Numbered from the stretch's first letter, positions 19,482-29,401 are shown. The stretch: 64,000 nt of DNA from an uncultured Chloroflexia bacterium (GCA_963831745.1 CAWHRD010000005.1:93377-157376); one strand, 5' to 3'. Numbers and translations are program-made. The notes: generated by a model from the letters alone, not told the origin.

Positions 19482-19976
19482 ATGCACACCGATGACATCG
19501 ACACGCGGCTTGCCGCGCTCGAAGCGCGAGCACCCGGGCGCGACGACCCACCCGGGCTCCCTCGCACCGCCCGCCGCCGACGCCTCGCGACGCCGGTCGC
19601 GCTCGCCGGGGCCCTCGTCCTCGTGATCGCGGCCTCGGCCGCCGCCGGCGGGGCCATCGTGGCGAGCCTCGAGGCTCGCGGTGCCCCCGGTGTCGAGAAC
19701 CCCGGCCAGCCACTCGAGGGCGCGAAGCTCGAGTGCATGGCGCCACCGGCGGCAGCCGCATACCTCGCCGCGCACGGGTTCGCGGACGTTACCTGGCAGG
19801 TCGAGACAGGGGACATCGACACCAAGACCGGGACATCGCACCAGCAGACGACCCCTCCCGATCACGGCTACGTCGTCCCGGGCTCGATCCTGAGCGATGG
19901 GAAGCTGTACATGGTCGTCGACCAGCGCACGGGCGCAACCGGCTCCGGGGCCTGCCCCGACCTCCCGATGCCCTGA
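19482..19976 (+). CDS. single-pass membrane protein, putative anti-sigma factor
   Basis: short cytoplasmic N-terminus, RRRR plus TM helix, extracytoplasmic domain with two Cys; AAGGAG RBS; abuts ECF sigma gene. Confidence 0.6.
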   Translation: MHTDDIDTRLAALEARAPGRDDPPGLPRTARRRRLATPVALAGALVLVIAASAAAGGAIVASLEARGAPGVENPGQPLEGAKLECMAPPAAAAYLAAHGFADVTWQVETGDIDTKTGTSHQQTTPPDHGYVVPGSILSDGKLYMVVDQRTGATGSGACPDLPMP

Positions 19977-19977
19977 C

Positions 19978-20523
19978 GTGGAGACGATCCGACGTCCCGC
20001 GCCGGGTGCCGTGGACGTGGAGCGCCCGACCGGGAGGCGTGCCGCCCGAACGGCCTCGAGCGACCCGGCCGCCTTCGAGGTCGCCGTCCGGCCGCACTAC
20101 GCGGCGCTCGTCCGGCGGCTCGTCCTCGTGCTCGGCAACGAGCACGACGCCGAGGACGTGGCGCAGGACGCGTACCTCCGGGCGTTCCGCGGCTGGGACC
20201 GCTTCGACGGCGCCGACGTGCGGGCGTGGCTCTACACCATCGCCCTTCGGCTGGCATCCAACCACCTGCGCCGCCGACGTCGCTGGCTGGGGCTGCTGGG
20301 CCGGACGGAACCGGCCCCCTGGACGGACCGCTCCGACCCGGACCTGTGGGCGGCGCTCCGGGAGCTCGACCCGCGGACCCGCGCCGCCCTCCTCCTGAGC
20401 AGCCTCGACGGCTACACGCAACGCGAGATCGCGACGATCCTCGGCGTGCCCGAGGGCACGGTCGCGAGCTGGATCTCGCGCGGTCGGGCCGCCCTTCGCG
20501 CGGAGCTCGGCGCCGACCGCTGA
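19978..20523 (+). CDS. ECF RNA polymerase sigma factor
   Basis: DAEDVAQDAYLRA, AWLYTIA, REIATILGVPEGTVASWISRGR. Confidence 0.88.
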   Translation: METIRRPAPGAVDVERPTGRRAARTASSDPAAFEVAVRPHYAALVRRLVLVLGNEHDAEDVAQDAYLRAFRGWDRFDGADVRAWLYTIALRLASNHLRRRRRWLGLLGRTEPAPWTDRSDPDLWAALRELDPRTRAALLLSSLDGYTQREIATILGVPEGTVASWISRGRAALRAELGADR

Positions 20524-20575
20524 GGACCGACCCCCCGCAGGCGAGGCCCGGCCGCCGGCCGGGCCTCGATTCGCG

Positions 20576-20740
20576 TCAGCGCGCGCGGCGCTCGCCGACG
20601 ACCGCGAGGACCCCCGCCGCAAGGATTGACCCGAGGCCGAGCGCGATGAGCTCGATGCTTCCCGCCGCGAGCAGGCCGAGGAGGGCGACGAGGATCCCGA
20701 GGGCGGTGAGCGCCGTCACCGGGAACAGGGTGGTGGTCAC
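20576..20740 (-). CDS. small membrane protein (54 aa)
   Basis: GTG start with GGAAGGG upstream; two hydrophobic segments and a basic tail. Confidence 0.55.
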   Translation of the reverse strand: MTTTLFPVTALTALGILVALLGLLAAGSIELIALGLGSILAAGVLAVVGERRAR

Positions 20741-20992
20741 GGATCGATCCCTTCCGGGCGAACCGGCCGGCACGTGTCGCCGGCCCGGCGGCTGCCCGGG
20801 ATCACGATCGCGCCGCTTGAGGGCCGCCACCATCGACGGCAGGCGGCCGCCCGACCCGGCAGATGACGACGTCCGGCCCCCTTGCGGGGGCTGGCCACGG
20901 CGGCCTCGAGGTGAGGAATGAACGCCTACGCAACGACGATCCCCATACGAGAGCGCAGGCGCCCGACGCTGGGCGCACAGGGGGGAGAACCG

Positions 20993-21544
20993 GTGGATCG
21001 CGATCTCGTGGAGGCAGCGCAGCACGGGGACCGGGAAGCGTACGCCGACCTGCTCCGCGTGCGCGGCGACCGCCTCTTCGCGATCGCCCAGCGGATCCTC
21101 CGGGACGTCGACCGCACCGAGGACGCCCTGCAGGAGGCGCTCGTGACCGCCTGGCGTGACCTGCCCGGGCTCCGCGATCCGCGTCGCTTCGACGCCTGGC
21201 TGCATCGCCTGGTCGTCCGCTCCTGCGTCGCGGAAGCCGTGCGCGCGCGCCGCCACGTGGCCAACCTGCACGTGCTCCCGGTGGACCTGCCGGCCGGCAC
21301 CGACGATTACCGGTCGGTCGCCGACCGGGACCAGCTGGAGCGCGGCTTCCGGCGGCTGCCGCCCGAGCAGCGCGCCATCCTGGTTCTTCGCCATTACGCG
21401 GGCTTCGAGCCGGCCGAGATCGCCGATGCGCTCGGCATCCCGGCGGGCACCGCCCGCTCGCGACTGCACCACGCCCACCGCGCGATGCGTGCCGCCCTGA
21501 ACGCCGACGCCCGCGCCGCCGCCATCGGACGGCTTCCCGCATGA
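20993..21544 (+). CDS. ECF RNA polymerase sigma factor
   Basis: DLVEAAQHGDREAY, EDALQEA, FDAWLHR, EIADALGIPAGTARSRLH; GGGGGAG RBS. Confidence 0.9.
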   Translation: MDRDLVEAAQHGDREAYADLLRVRGDRLFAIAQRILRDVDRTEDALQEALVTAWRDLPGLRDPRRFDAWLHRLVVRSCVAEAVRARRHVANLHVLPVDLPAGTDDYRSVADRDQLERGFRRLPPEQRAILVLRHYAGFEPAEIADALGIPAGTARSRLHHAHRAMRAALNADARAAAIGRLPA

Positions 21545-22902
21545 GCCGCCAGCGCGACATCGAGCGCGTCCTCGACGCCTGGCTCCGGCCCGGCCCGACG
21601 ATCATGCCGGACCGCCTCTTCGACGAGGTCCTCGAGCGGATCGAGCGCCAGCCCCAGCGGCGCCTCGCCCGGGCCCAGCTGCGGATCTCCGCGATGCGAC
21701 CCATCCCCCTCCTCGCGGCCGCCGCCGCGATCGTCGTGGCCGTCGGAGCGGGCATCGTCCTGCTCGGCCGGCCGGCCACCCCGGACATCGGCGCTGCGAC
21801 GCCCGTCCCGTCGGTCGCCCCGGTGGCCAGCGCGTCCGCGCCCTCGGCAACTCCCGCGACGCCGTCGTCGAGCCCGGTCTCCGCGCTCCCGTCCGAGCTC
21901 CAGTACCGCTGGATCGGCGCGCCGCGGCTGATCGCGGGCATCGCCTCGGTCGAGGTCCTGCCGCTCCTCTGGATCTCCGATCGCGTGCGCCTCAACTGGG
22001 ACCTGGCACGCCTGTACCTGGACTCGGAGGCCGTCGCCGACGGGCCTGGCGCGATCACGCTCACCTTCGCCGACGCGAGCGTCGGCGGCTGCGCGATTGG
22101 CGACGTGGGCCACTACACCTGGTCCGTCACCCCAGACGGGATGACCCTCGCGCTCCGCGCCACGCAGGACGCCTGCGCGCCTCGCGCGGCGGCGTTCAGC
22201 GGGACGTGGACCCGAGCAGCCTGCCGGAACTCCGACGACACGTGCCTCGGCGAGGTTCCCGCCGGGACGTGGACGTCGACGTTCCTCGACCTGCGGAACG
22301 ACGTCGCCCAGCTGAAGCCGCGAGGTGCGTACGGCCAGCTCCGGTACACGGTCCCGAACGGCTGGGCCAACGCTGGCGATTGGCCCGATAGCTACGACCT
22401 CGTCCCGGCGGCGGAGTACGCACGATCCGGCGGGGATCCGGGCGGCGCGTCCCGGCACGGGATCTACACGGCCGCGCGGCCGGCGGCGTGGGACGCCCCA
22501 CCCGACTGCTCCGTGAAGATCGGGGCCGGTGTCGGCAGGTCGCCTGCCGACCTCGCGGCGCGGATCGCCGGGCGTCCCGGCGTTGTCACCTCGACGCCCG
22601 AGTCGATCACGATCGGCAGTCACTCGGGGAAGGTGCTGGACATCCACCTCCAGGACGGCTGGACGCGGACCTGCCCCGGCGAGAAGACCCCGTCCGCGCC
22701 CATCCTCGCGAACGCATCCGGCTCTGCAGCCTCGTGGACCTGGGCGGTCGCCGCCGGCGAGCGAATGCGGCTCATCCTCCTCGACATCGGGGGCGGGAAC
22801 ACCGTTGCGATCGCCGTCGACGACACCGCGTCGCCGTCGCGCTTCGACGCGCTCCTCACGCAGGCCATGCCGATCATCGAGTCCTTCGAGTTCCCCCAAT
22901 GA
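21541..22902 (+). CDS. putative membrane-anchored anti-sigma factor with large extracytoplasmic domain
   Basis: ATGA coupling to the sigma gene; N-terminal IERVLDAWL..GP, TM helix, S/P/T linker, Cys-containing outer domain. Confidence 0.7.
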   Translation: MSRQRDIERVLDAWLRPGPTIMPDRLFDEVLERIERQPQRRLARAQLRISAMRPIPLLAAAAAIVVAVGAGIVLLGRPATPDIGAATPVPSVAPVASASAPSATPATPSSSPVSALPSELQYRWIGAPRLIAGIASVEVLPLLWISDRVRLNWDLARLYLDSEAVADGPGAITLTFADASVGGCAIGDVGHYTWSVTPDGMTLALRATQDACAPRAAAFSGTWTRAACRNSDDTCLGEVPAGTWTSTFLDLRNDVAQLKPRGAYGQLRYTVPNGWANAGDWPDSYDLVPAAEYARSGGDPGGASRHGIYTAARPAAWDAPPDCSVKIGAGVGRSPADLAARIAGRPGVVTSTPESITIGSHSGKVLDIHLQDGWTRTCPGEKTPSAPILANASGSAASWTWAVAAGERMRLILLDIGGGNTVAIAVDDTASPSRFDALLTQAMPIIESFEFPQ

Positions 22903-22964
22903 ACGGCCTTCGCGCGGGGCTGCCAGGTCGGCGCCCCGCCCGCAGACACATGGAGGTTCCACCC

Positions 22965-23411
22965 ATGCGCGTCCCCATCCTCCGCCTCGCGGCGGCCGGG
23001 ATCCTCGTCCTGGCCATCGCGGCGCCTGCGAGCGCCGCATCCGGCCGGGTCGAGATCACGCTGGACTCCAACTTCGGGGCCGGCATCGAGACGTTCACGA
23101 CCAACGGCGCGTTCTGCGACCACGGCACGGCGTTCACGCCCGGCGTCCGGTTCGCCGGGCGCGGAAAGGCGACCACGTTCCACCTCCAGAAGATCCTCAC
23201 CTGCGCCGACGGGTCGGGGACGCTAACGATCCAGATCAATGCCTCGACGATCGCCGGGTCGCCGACCGACCAGGGCGGCTGGTCCGTCGTCTCCGGCACC
23301 GGCGACTAGGCGACGACCCGCGGCGGCGGCGCGCTGGTCGGCTACTACTACGACAACGGCCCCGATAGCGTGGGCGTGATCGACCACTACACCGGCCGTC
23401 TCACGAGCTGA
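22965..23411 (+). pseudogene. secreted beta-rich protein interrupted by in-frame TAG (23307-23309)
   Basis: GGAGG RBS, signal peptide (APASA); frame continues WSVVSGTGD*ATTRGGGALVG..IDHYTGRLTS to TGA at 23411. Confidence 0.6.
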
Positions 23412-23713
23412 CTCGCCGCTTCCCATCGGCGTCCCTCGAGGCCGCGGCCCACCTGGGCCGCGGCCTCGTCATGTCAGGCGACGGCGGCACGGCGGTCACT
23501 CCTTCAGGGTCGCGGTGAACGCAACGGCAGGGTCGAGGGCGATGGTGCCCTTCGCCGTCGTACCGTCGAAGGTCGCCGACTTCAGGGCGTCGGTGGGGTT
23601 GATCGTGAGGTTTGGCGGCTTGGTCCGGGAGGCGCCGGGCGGCCGTGACGGCTCGACCGCGATTGCCAGGCGATCGACTCCCGCGCATGATGGGACGCGT
23701 TGAGGAGACGCCC

Positions 23714-24085
23714 GTGAGCGACATGCTCGTGCTAGCCGTGAGCACGACCGCCTTCGTGGCGGGGCTTGTCTGCCTCGCCCGCCTCGCGTTGGGGCCCGCG
23801 GATCTCGCCGCGCTGTACCGGGCTCCGGATGGGGACGCCTGGCCGCCGGGAACGCAGGAGGAGGACTGCCCGCGCTGGCGGCTCGACGGGGATACGCGCG
23901 CCGAGCCGACGGCAACCGCGTCGCTTCGCCCACGCGCGATCGCGACGGCCGAGCTGGTCCCGGGCCCCGCCTCCGAGCTCGCCGACCTCGACCCCGCTGC
24001 CGGACGCCCGGCGGGCGACCAGCTCGCGCTCCTTCGAGTGGCCGTCCACGGCCGCGTCGGGCCCGCGGGCCGCGCCGGCGCGTGA
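23714..24085 (+). CDS. hypothetical membrane protein (WPxGxQEED motif)
   Basis: GAGGAG RBS plus GTG; N-terminal TM helix then WPPGTQEEDCPRW. Confidence 0.55.
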   Translation: MSDMLVLAVSTTAFVAGLVCLARLALGPADLAALYRAPDGDAWPPGTQEEDCPRWRLDGDTRAEPTATASLRPRAIATAELVPGPASELADLDPAAGRPAGDQLALLRVAVHGRVGPAGRAGA

Positions 24086-24094
24086 GCCCCTCGC

Positions 24095-24847
24095 TCAACC
24101 GATCGGGGCGACGAGCTCCAGGCGGATGCGCTTGTTGATGCGGCCCTTGCTCTCGTAGCCCGTGACGCGGATCGTGCCGACCTCGCGGGTGTTGGCCACG
24201 TGCGTCCCGCCGTCGGCCTGCAGGTCGAGGCCCACGATCTCGATCGTCCGGATCTGCTGGATGCCCTCGGGAAGGAGATTGACCTTCGTGCGGATCAAGT
24301 CCGGGATCGCGAACGCCTCGTCGCGGGGCAGGACCGCCACGCGGACGTCGCGCCCGCGGGTCAGCTCCTCGTTGACGGCCGCCTCGACCGCCCCGACGAG
24401 CTCGCCCGACATCCGCTCGAACTCGAAGTCCATCCGACCGCCGCCGGGTTCCATGTTGCCGCCGGTGACGAGCGCCCCGTAGTCGCGCCAGACGACGCCG
24501 CACAGCGCGTGGAGGGCCGTGTGCGTACGCATGAGGCGCAGGCGCCGATCCCAGTCGAGGTCGGCGGTGAAGACCGTCGGGCCGGCGGGCGGCGGCTCCG
24601 CACCGGGCTCCAGCTCATGCCAGATCTCGTCGCCGGCCTTCCTCGCGGCGACCACCTGCCAGGTCCGACCGTCGGGCGCCCGGAACTCGCCCCGGTCCGC
24701 CGGCTGGCCGCCGCCGCCAGGGTAGAAGACGGTCCGGTCGAGCAGCACGAGGGCGCCCCGCTCCTCCGCCGGCGCCGGCTCGACGGCCCGGATGGCCGCC
24801 TTCACGCTCCGGGCGTAGGCATCGACGTAGCAGACGTTGTCGCTCAT
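24095..24847 (-). CDS. alaX: alanyl-tRNA editing protein AlaX
   Basis: DRTVFYPGGGGQPAD, MRTHTALH, QADGGTHV. Confidence 0.9.
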   Translation of the reverse strand: MSDNVCYVDAYARSVKAAIRAVEPAPAEERGALVLLDRTVFYPGGGGQPADRGEFRAPDGRTWQVVAARKAGDEIWHELEPGAEPPPAGPTVFTADLDWDRRLRLMRTHTALHALCGVVWRDYGALVTGGNMEPGGGRMDFEFERMSGELVGAVEAAVNEELTRGRDVRVAVLPRDEAFAIPDLIRTKVNLLPEGIQQIRTIEIVGLDLQADGGTHVANTREVGTIRVTGYESKGRINKRIRLELVAPIG

Positions 24848-25057
24848 GGTGTCGATGGTACCGCCGGGGCCGCATCCGACCGAGGCGGGTGTCCCGAGCC
24901 GGGTGTCCCGAGCCGGAGTGCGCCGAGCCGCGCGTCCCGGGCCGGCGTGCGGGGAGGCTCGGGCCGGCGTGCGGCTCGCAATCGAGATCCTCGCCCGACC
25001 CGGGACGAGGCCCGCTACGGGGCAACGCCCCACGAACGCCCGGCGCCCAACCCTGGC

Positions 25058-25519
25058 TCAGCGCAGCGTGAGCGTCACCACCATGTTCGGGTGCACCGGG
25101 CAGTAGATCGTGTAGATGCCCGCCGGCAGCGCCGGCACCGTGGAGACGATCGTCGTCGGGCCGGGGGCGATCTCGCCGTCGAAGAGGTCGGGGCCGTTCG
25201 GGGCCGCGTCGGCGACCGGCGCGCCGGCCCGGATCGAGATCCCGTGCGGGATCCCCGCGTCGCGGTTCCGCATCGTGATCGTCAGGGGCACGCCGGCGGG
25301 CCCGACCAGCGCGACCGGCGAGAAGGCGAGGTTCTCCGCGGTGACCGCGAGCTCCGCGGAGAGCGCCGCGCCGGAACCCGCGGCGCCGGGAACGGCCGTG
25401 GGCGTCGGCAGGCCGGGGGTCGCGGACGGCGCTCCGCCACCGCACGCGGCTAGCCCGGCGGCAATGGCAACGGCGAGGACGGCGACCGAGGCTCCTCGCC
25501 GGCGGCGACGGTGCTCCAC
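25058..25519 (-). CDS. cupredoxin-domain lipoprotein
   Basis: lipobox LAAC; PHG...YCPVHPNM type-1 Cu ligands. Confidence 0.85.
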   Translation of the reverse strand: MEHRRRRRGASVAVLAVAIAAGLAACGGGAPSATPGLPTPTAVPGAAGSGAALSAELAVTAENLAFSPVALVGPAGVPLTITMRNRDAGIPHGISIRAGAPVADAAPNGPDLFDGEIAPGPTTIVSTVPALPAGIYTIYCPVHPNMVVTLTLR

Positions 25520-25527
25520 GGCCCGGC

Positions 25528-26028
25528 CTACTTCGACGTGAGCGTGCCGGTCATGTTCGGGTGGACCGTGCAGACGAAGCCGTAGGTCCCGGCGGGGAGC
25601 GCCGGCACGTCGTACGTCCGGGTGTCGACGCCGCTGAAGATCTCGCCCTGCCAGACCTCACGCCCGGTGGGTGAGCCCTCGTGGATCGCGACGTTGTGGG
25701 GGATCCCGGCGTCGTTGTTGGTGAACACGATCTGGAAGGGCGTGTTCGCCGGCACCTCGAGGGTCGCCGTGTCGTACGCGATCCCCTGGGCGCTGAGCGT
25801 CAGCACGACAGCCGCGCCGCCGGACCCGCCGCCAGTGGGCGCGGCGCTCGCCCCGCCGGAGGGGGCGGCAGAAGCCTCACCCGAGGGAGCTGCCGAGGGC
25901 TCGACCGAGGGGGCGATCGTCGGCGTGGGCGTCGGCGACAGCGTCCAGCCCGGCGTCGCCTCGGCGGCGCACGCCGAGACGGCGATGGCGATGACGGCGA
26001 GCAGGGCGAGGGAACGGGCGAGGCGCAT
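25528..26028 (-). CDS. cupredoxin-domain lipoprotein
   Basis: lipobox VSAC; PHN...FVCTVHPNM type-1 Cu ligands. Confidence 0.87.
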   Translation of the reverse strand: MRLARSLALLAVIAIAVSACAAEATPGWTLSPTPTPTIAPSVEPSAAPSGEASAAPSGGASAAPTGGGSGGAAVVLTLSAQGIAYDTATLEVPANTPFQIVFTNNDAGIPHNVAIHEGSPTGREVWQGEIFSGVDTRTYDVPALPAGTYGFVCTVHPNMTGTLTSK

Positions 26029-26185
26029 TGCGGGGCGGGACCTCCGGGAGGGCGGCGTGGCGGGCGACACGTGGGGACGCCGGAATGCTACTGAAACTTG
26101 CCGATCGGCGCCGCCGATCCCTCGGCGGCGCGCGGTCGGGGCGAGATCACCCCGGTCGTGGCGCGGTCGCACGCTCGGCGTGAGA

Positions 26186-27502
26186 TCACTCTCCGCCGGG
26201 TCGACCGCCGGCTCGCATCCGGAGGACGAAGCCGATCGCCACGAGGTAGCTCGCAGCCATCAGCAGGAAGGCGACGGGGAAGCCCGCGTCGTCGCCGAGG
26301 GCCGCGATCAGCACACCGAGCAACGCCGCCCACGCGGCTCCGACCACGAACATGAGGGTGAAGTAGGCGGAGTTCGCCGCGTCGCGGATCTGCGGCGGCG
26401 CCGCTTCCACGAGGAGCCCCTGGAGCAGGCTCGCCTCCTCGAAGACGAAGGCGCCGACGAGGGCGATCGCGAGCCACAGGAGGACGGGCGAGCCGCCGGC
26501 GAGGATGAGCAGGACGAGCGCCGCAGCCCCGGCGACGTAGGACCAGGCGAGCACGGGCCGGTGCCCGTAGCGACCGGCCAGGCGCCCGGCGATGAGCGGC
26601 CCGGGCACGCTGCCGGCGAGCAGCAGGGTGTACATCAGGGCGACCGTGCCGGCGTCGAGGCCGAGCGAGCGGGACAGGTACAGGGGCACGAACGTCGCGA
26701 CCACGCCGATCCCCCGCCCCGCGGCGGCGATCGAGGACGCGGCGAAGAGGCGGCGCAGGTCTGGCTCGCGCAGCACGTCCGCGAATGCCGCTCGAACGCT
26801 CCCGTGGGCCAGGGCGGCGGCGCGATCGACGCCCGACTCGCGCACCACGACCAGGATCAGCACCCCCACGACCGCGGCGGGGATCCCGATCGCCGCGACG
26901 GCGACCGGCCAGCCGAACGACGCGATGATCCAGGCCCCGACGAGCGGGACCGCGACCGTCCCCAGGTTGCCGCCGGCGATGTGCACGGCAATCGCGGGTG
27001 CGTGGGCGCGCACGGGCCGCTGCTCGGCGATGAGTGCGTTTCCCACCGGGTGCTGGGGCGAGCCGGCGACCCGGGCCACGATCGTCGCCGCGGAGAAGGC
27101 GGCCCACGATGCGGCCAGGCCGGTGACGGTCATGGCCGCGCCGAACACGATCCCGCCGACGCCGAGGATGGTGCGCCGGGTCACGACCCGCTGGAGCGGC
27201 GCGTATCCCAGCTGGACCGCGCCGGCGAGGACGTTGCCGGCAGCGATGAGCAGCCCGATCTCGCCCACGCCGATGCCGAAGACCGGCGTGATGGCGATGA
27301 AGACGAGCGGCAGGAGGGCGGTCTGCGCATGGATGAACCCGTGCTGCGCCGACAGCAGGGCCAGCGTGGCCCGCGGCCGCAGGTCGTTGAGGCGTGCGTC
27401 CACGTCGGAGCCGAGCGACCGGGCGGTCGGCTCCGGGCCGGGCGAGGTCGGGGCGGGAGGCAGGGTCGCGGCGGGGGGCGCCGTCGGGGCGAGGTCGTCC
27501 AC
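26186..27502 (-). CDS. MFS transporter
   Basis: about 12 hydrophobic helices, QHPVG, GGNLG, GRLAGRYGHR motif A-like. Confidence 0.85.
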   Translation of the reverse strand: MDDLAPTAPPAATLPPAPTSPGPEPTARSLGSDVDARLNDLRPRATLALLSAQHGFIHAQTALLPLVFIAITPVFGIGVGEIGLLIAAGNVLAGAVQLGYAPLQRVVTRRTILGVGGIVFGAAMTVTGLAASWAAFSAATIVARVAGSPQHPVGNALIAEQRPVRAHAPAIAVHIAGGNLGTVAVPLVGAWIIASFGWPVAVAAIGIPAAVVGVLILVVVRESGVDRAAALAHGSVRAAFADVLREPDLRRLFAASSIAAAGRGIGVVATFVPLYLSRSLGLDAGTVALMYTLLLAGSVPGPLIAGRLAGRYGHRPVLAWSYVAGAAALVLLILAGGSPVLLWLAIALVGAFVFEEASLLQGLLVEAAPPQIRDAANSAYFTLMFVVGAAWAALLGVLIAALGDDAGFPVAFLLMAASYLVAIGFVLRMRAGGRPGGE

Positions 27503-27530
27503 CCCCGGATGATGCGCGATCGCGCCTCGG

Positions 27531-28136
27531 TCAGGCGGGCGGGGTCGGCACGCCGGGCGGGGTCGGCACGCCGGGAAACACCGGCCCGGAGATCCGCTCG
27601 ACCTCGAAGACCTCGAGGCGGGTCGCCGGATCGCGCCACGCGTCGCGGCGCAGGCCGGCCTTCTCGCAGACGGCGTCGAGCATCTGCGTCGTCCCCCACC
27701 CCATCTCGGGGGCCACCTGCGGCAGCAGCAGCGCCCGGCGGCCGCGCGCCTCGGCGACGATCCCGTCTCGCCCGGGGACGAACTCAGCCGGATCGACGAG
27801 CGGGCGTGGCGGACCGAGCACGCTCACCTCGAGGTGCAGGCGCTCGAGCTCGTCCGCGGTCACGGGCCAGAAGCGGGGATCCTGCGTGGCGGCCATCCCG
27901 GCGGCGCGGACCACCGCCTCGCCGACCGGGAGGTCGGCCCCCAGCGTGCCCATGCAGCCGCGCAGCTCCCCGCGCTCCGTCAGGGTGACGAACGCGTCGC
28001 GCGAGGGTGCCAGCTCCGGGTGCGAGCCCACGTCCGGCCGCGGTGCCGTGCGACCGTCGACGGCGGCGAGTGCGGCCGCCCGTGCGAGGTCCAGCAGATG
28101 GTCCAGCGGGTGCGGGTCCGGCATCGTGGCGGGCAT
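27531..28136 (-). CDS. amrA: AmmeMemoRadiSam system protein A (AMMECR1 domain)
   Basis: AFVTL..GELRGCMG, AATQDPRF, EVSVL, LLLPQV, CEKAGL; start 28136 or 28124. Confidence 0.9.
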   Translation of the reverse strand: MPATMPDPHPLDHLLDLARAAALAAVDGRTAPRPDVGSHPELAPSRDAFVTLTERGELRGCMGTLGADLPVGEAVVRAAGMAATQDPRFWPVTADELERLHLEVSVLGPPRPLVDPAEFVPGRDGIVAEARGRRALLLPQVAPEMGWGTTQMLDAVCEKAGLRRDAWRDPATRLEVFEVERISGPVFPGVPTPPGVPTPPA

Positions 28137-28300
28137 CTCGCGCTCCCCGGGCGACGAGCTGCGGGGGCGCCGCCTTCCCGCGGGAGCGTGCGCCGACGCC
28201 GGCCGCCCGGCCAGTTCCGAACGGAGCGACGAACACGTGCCGGAGGGCACTGGCCGCATCGGCGCGCGCGCCCGACACTCGAACGCGAGGCCTTCCATCC

Positions 28301-29401
28301 ATGTCCGCCATGCCCGTCGCCGGCCGCCGTCGCGCCGTCCCGTCCCCCCGGGCCGTCGGCGTCGTCCCCGCGCTCCTCGCCGAGCCGCAGGAGGACGGCA
28401 GCGTCCGCTGCAACGCCTGCGCCATGCGCTGCTTCGTCCGGCCCGGCCGGACCGGGATCTGCGGCGTGCGCGAGAACCGCGACGGGACCCTCGTCTCGAC
28501 GGTCTACGGGCGGGCCGTCGCCGTGGGCATCGACCCGATCGAGAAGAAGCCGCTCTTCCACGTCGCTCCGGGCGCGCTGGCGTACTCGATCGCCACCGTC
28601 GGCTGCCCGTTCCACTGCAGCTTCTGCCAGAACTGGGAGATCGCCCAGGCGCCGCGCCTCGGGCTGGAGCTCCCCACCCGGGCCCTGCCCCCGTCGCGGG
28701 TGGTGGACGAGGCGCTGACGGCCGGCGCGCGCGCGATCGCCTACACGTACGTCGAGCCGACGGTCTTCCTGGAGTACGCGCTCGACACCTCCCGCGAGGC
28801 GCACGCGGCCGGGCTGCTCAACGTCTTCGTCACCGACGGCTACGCCACGCCCGAGGCGATCGACCTCTTGCGACCGTTCCTCGACGCCGCCAACGTCGAT
28901 CTCAAGTCGTTCGACGAGACCTTCTACCGGAAGCTCTGCGGCGCGCGCCTGGCGCCGGTCCTCGACGCGCTGCGGGCGTACAAGGCGGCCGGCGTGTGGG
29001 TCGAGGTCACGACGCTCGTGATCCCCGGCCACAACGACGACCCCGGGGAGCTGCGGGCGCTGGCGGGCTGGATCGCCGCCGAGCTGGGGCCGGAGACACC
29101 CTGGCACGTGAGCCGCTTCTTCCCGGCCCACCGGATGCTGGACGTGCCGCCGACGCCGCTCGAGACCCTCCGGCTGGCCGCCGACATCGGCGGCGAGGCC
29201 GGCCTGGCCCACGTGTACGTCGGGAACGCCCCGCAGCTCGAGATGGAGGACACGCGCTGCGCGGGGTGCGGCCACGTCCTCCTCGAGCGTCACGGCTACC
29301 GGGTGATCGACCGCACGGGCCCGGGCGCCACCTGCTCGCGCTGCGGCCGGGCGCTGGCGGGCCGGGCCCTCGACCACGACGGCCGGGTGCCGTGCGGATG
29401 A
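28301..29401 (+). CDS. amrS: AmmeMemoRadiSam system radical SAM enzyme
   Basis: N-terminal CxxCxxxC..ICGVR, DPIEKKPLFH, GCPFHCSFCQN, YTYVEP, C-terminal CxxC..CxxC. Confidence 0.92.
   Translation: MSAMPVAGRRRAVPSPRAVGVVPALLAEPQEDGSVRCNACAMRCFVRPGRTGICGVRENRDGTLVSTVYGRAVAVGIDPIEKKPLFHVAPGALAYSIATVGCPFHCSFCQNWEIAQAPRLGLELPTRALPPSRVVDEALTAGARAIAYTYVEPTVFLEYALDTSREAHAAGLLNVFVTDGYATPEAIDLLRPFLDAANVDLKSFDETFYRKLCGARLAPVLDALRAYKAAGVWVEVTTLVIPGHNDDPGELRALAGWIAAELGPETPWHVSRFFPAHRMLDVPPTPLETLRLAADIGGEAGLAHVYVGNAPQLEMEDTRCAGCGHVLLERHGYRVIDRTGPGATCSRCGRALAGRALDHDGRVPCG

Noticed and set aside
23307-23309. Pyrrolysine or stop-codon reassignment
   Set aside because: Single instance; TAG terminates other genes here normally; no pyl genes are visible.
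24095-24847. AlaX with DGGTH instead of CGGTH as a novelty
   Set aside because: To my knowledge this Asp variant is common in bacterial AlaX homologues.
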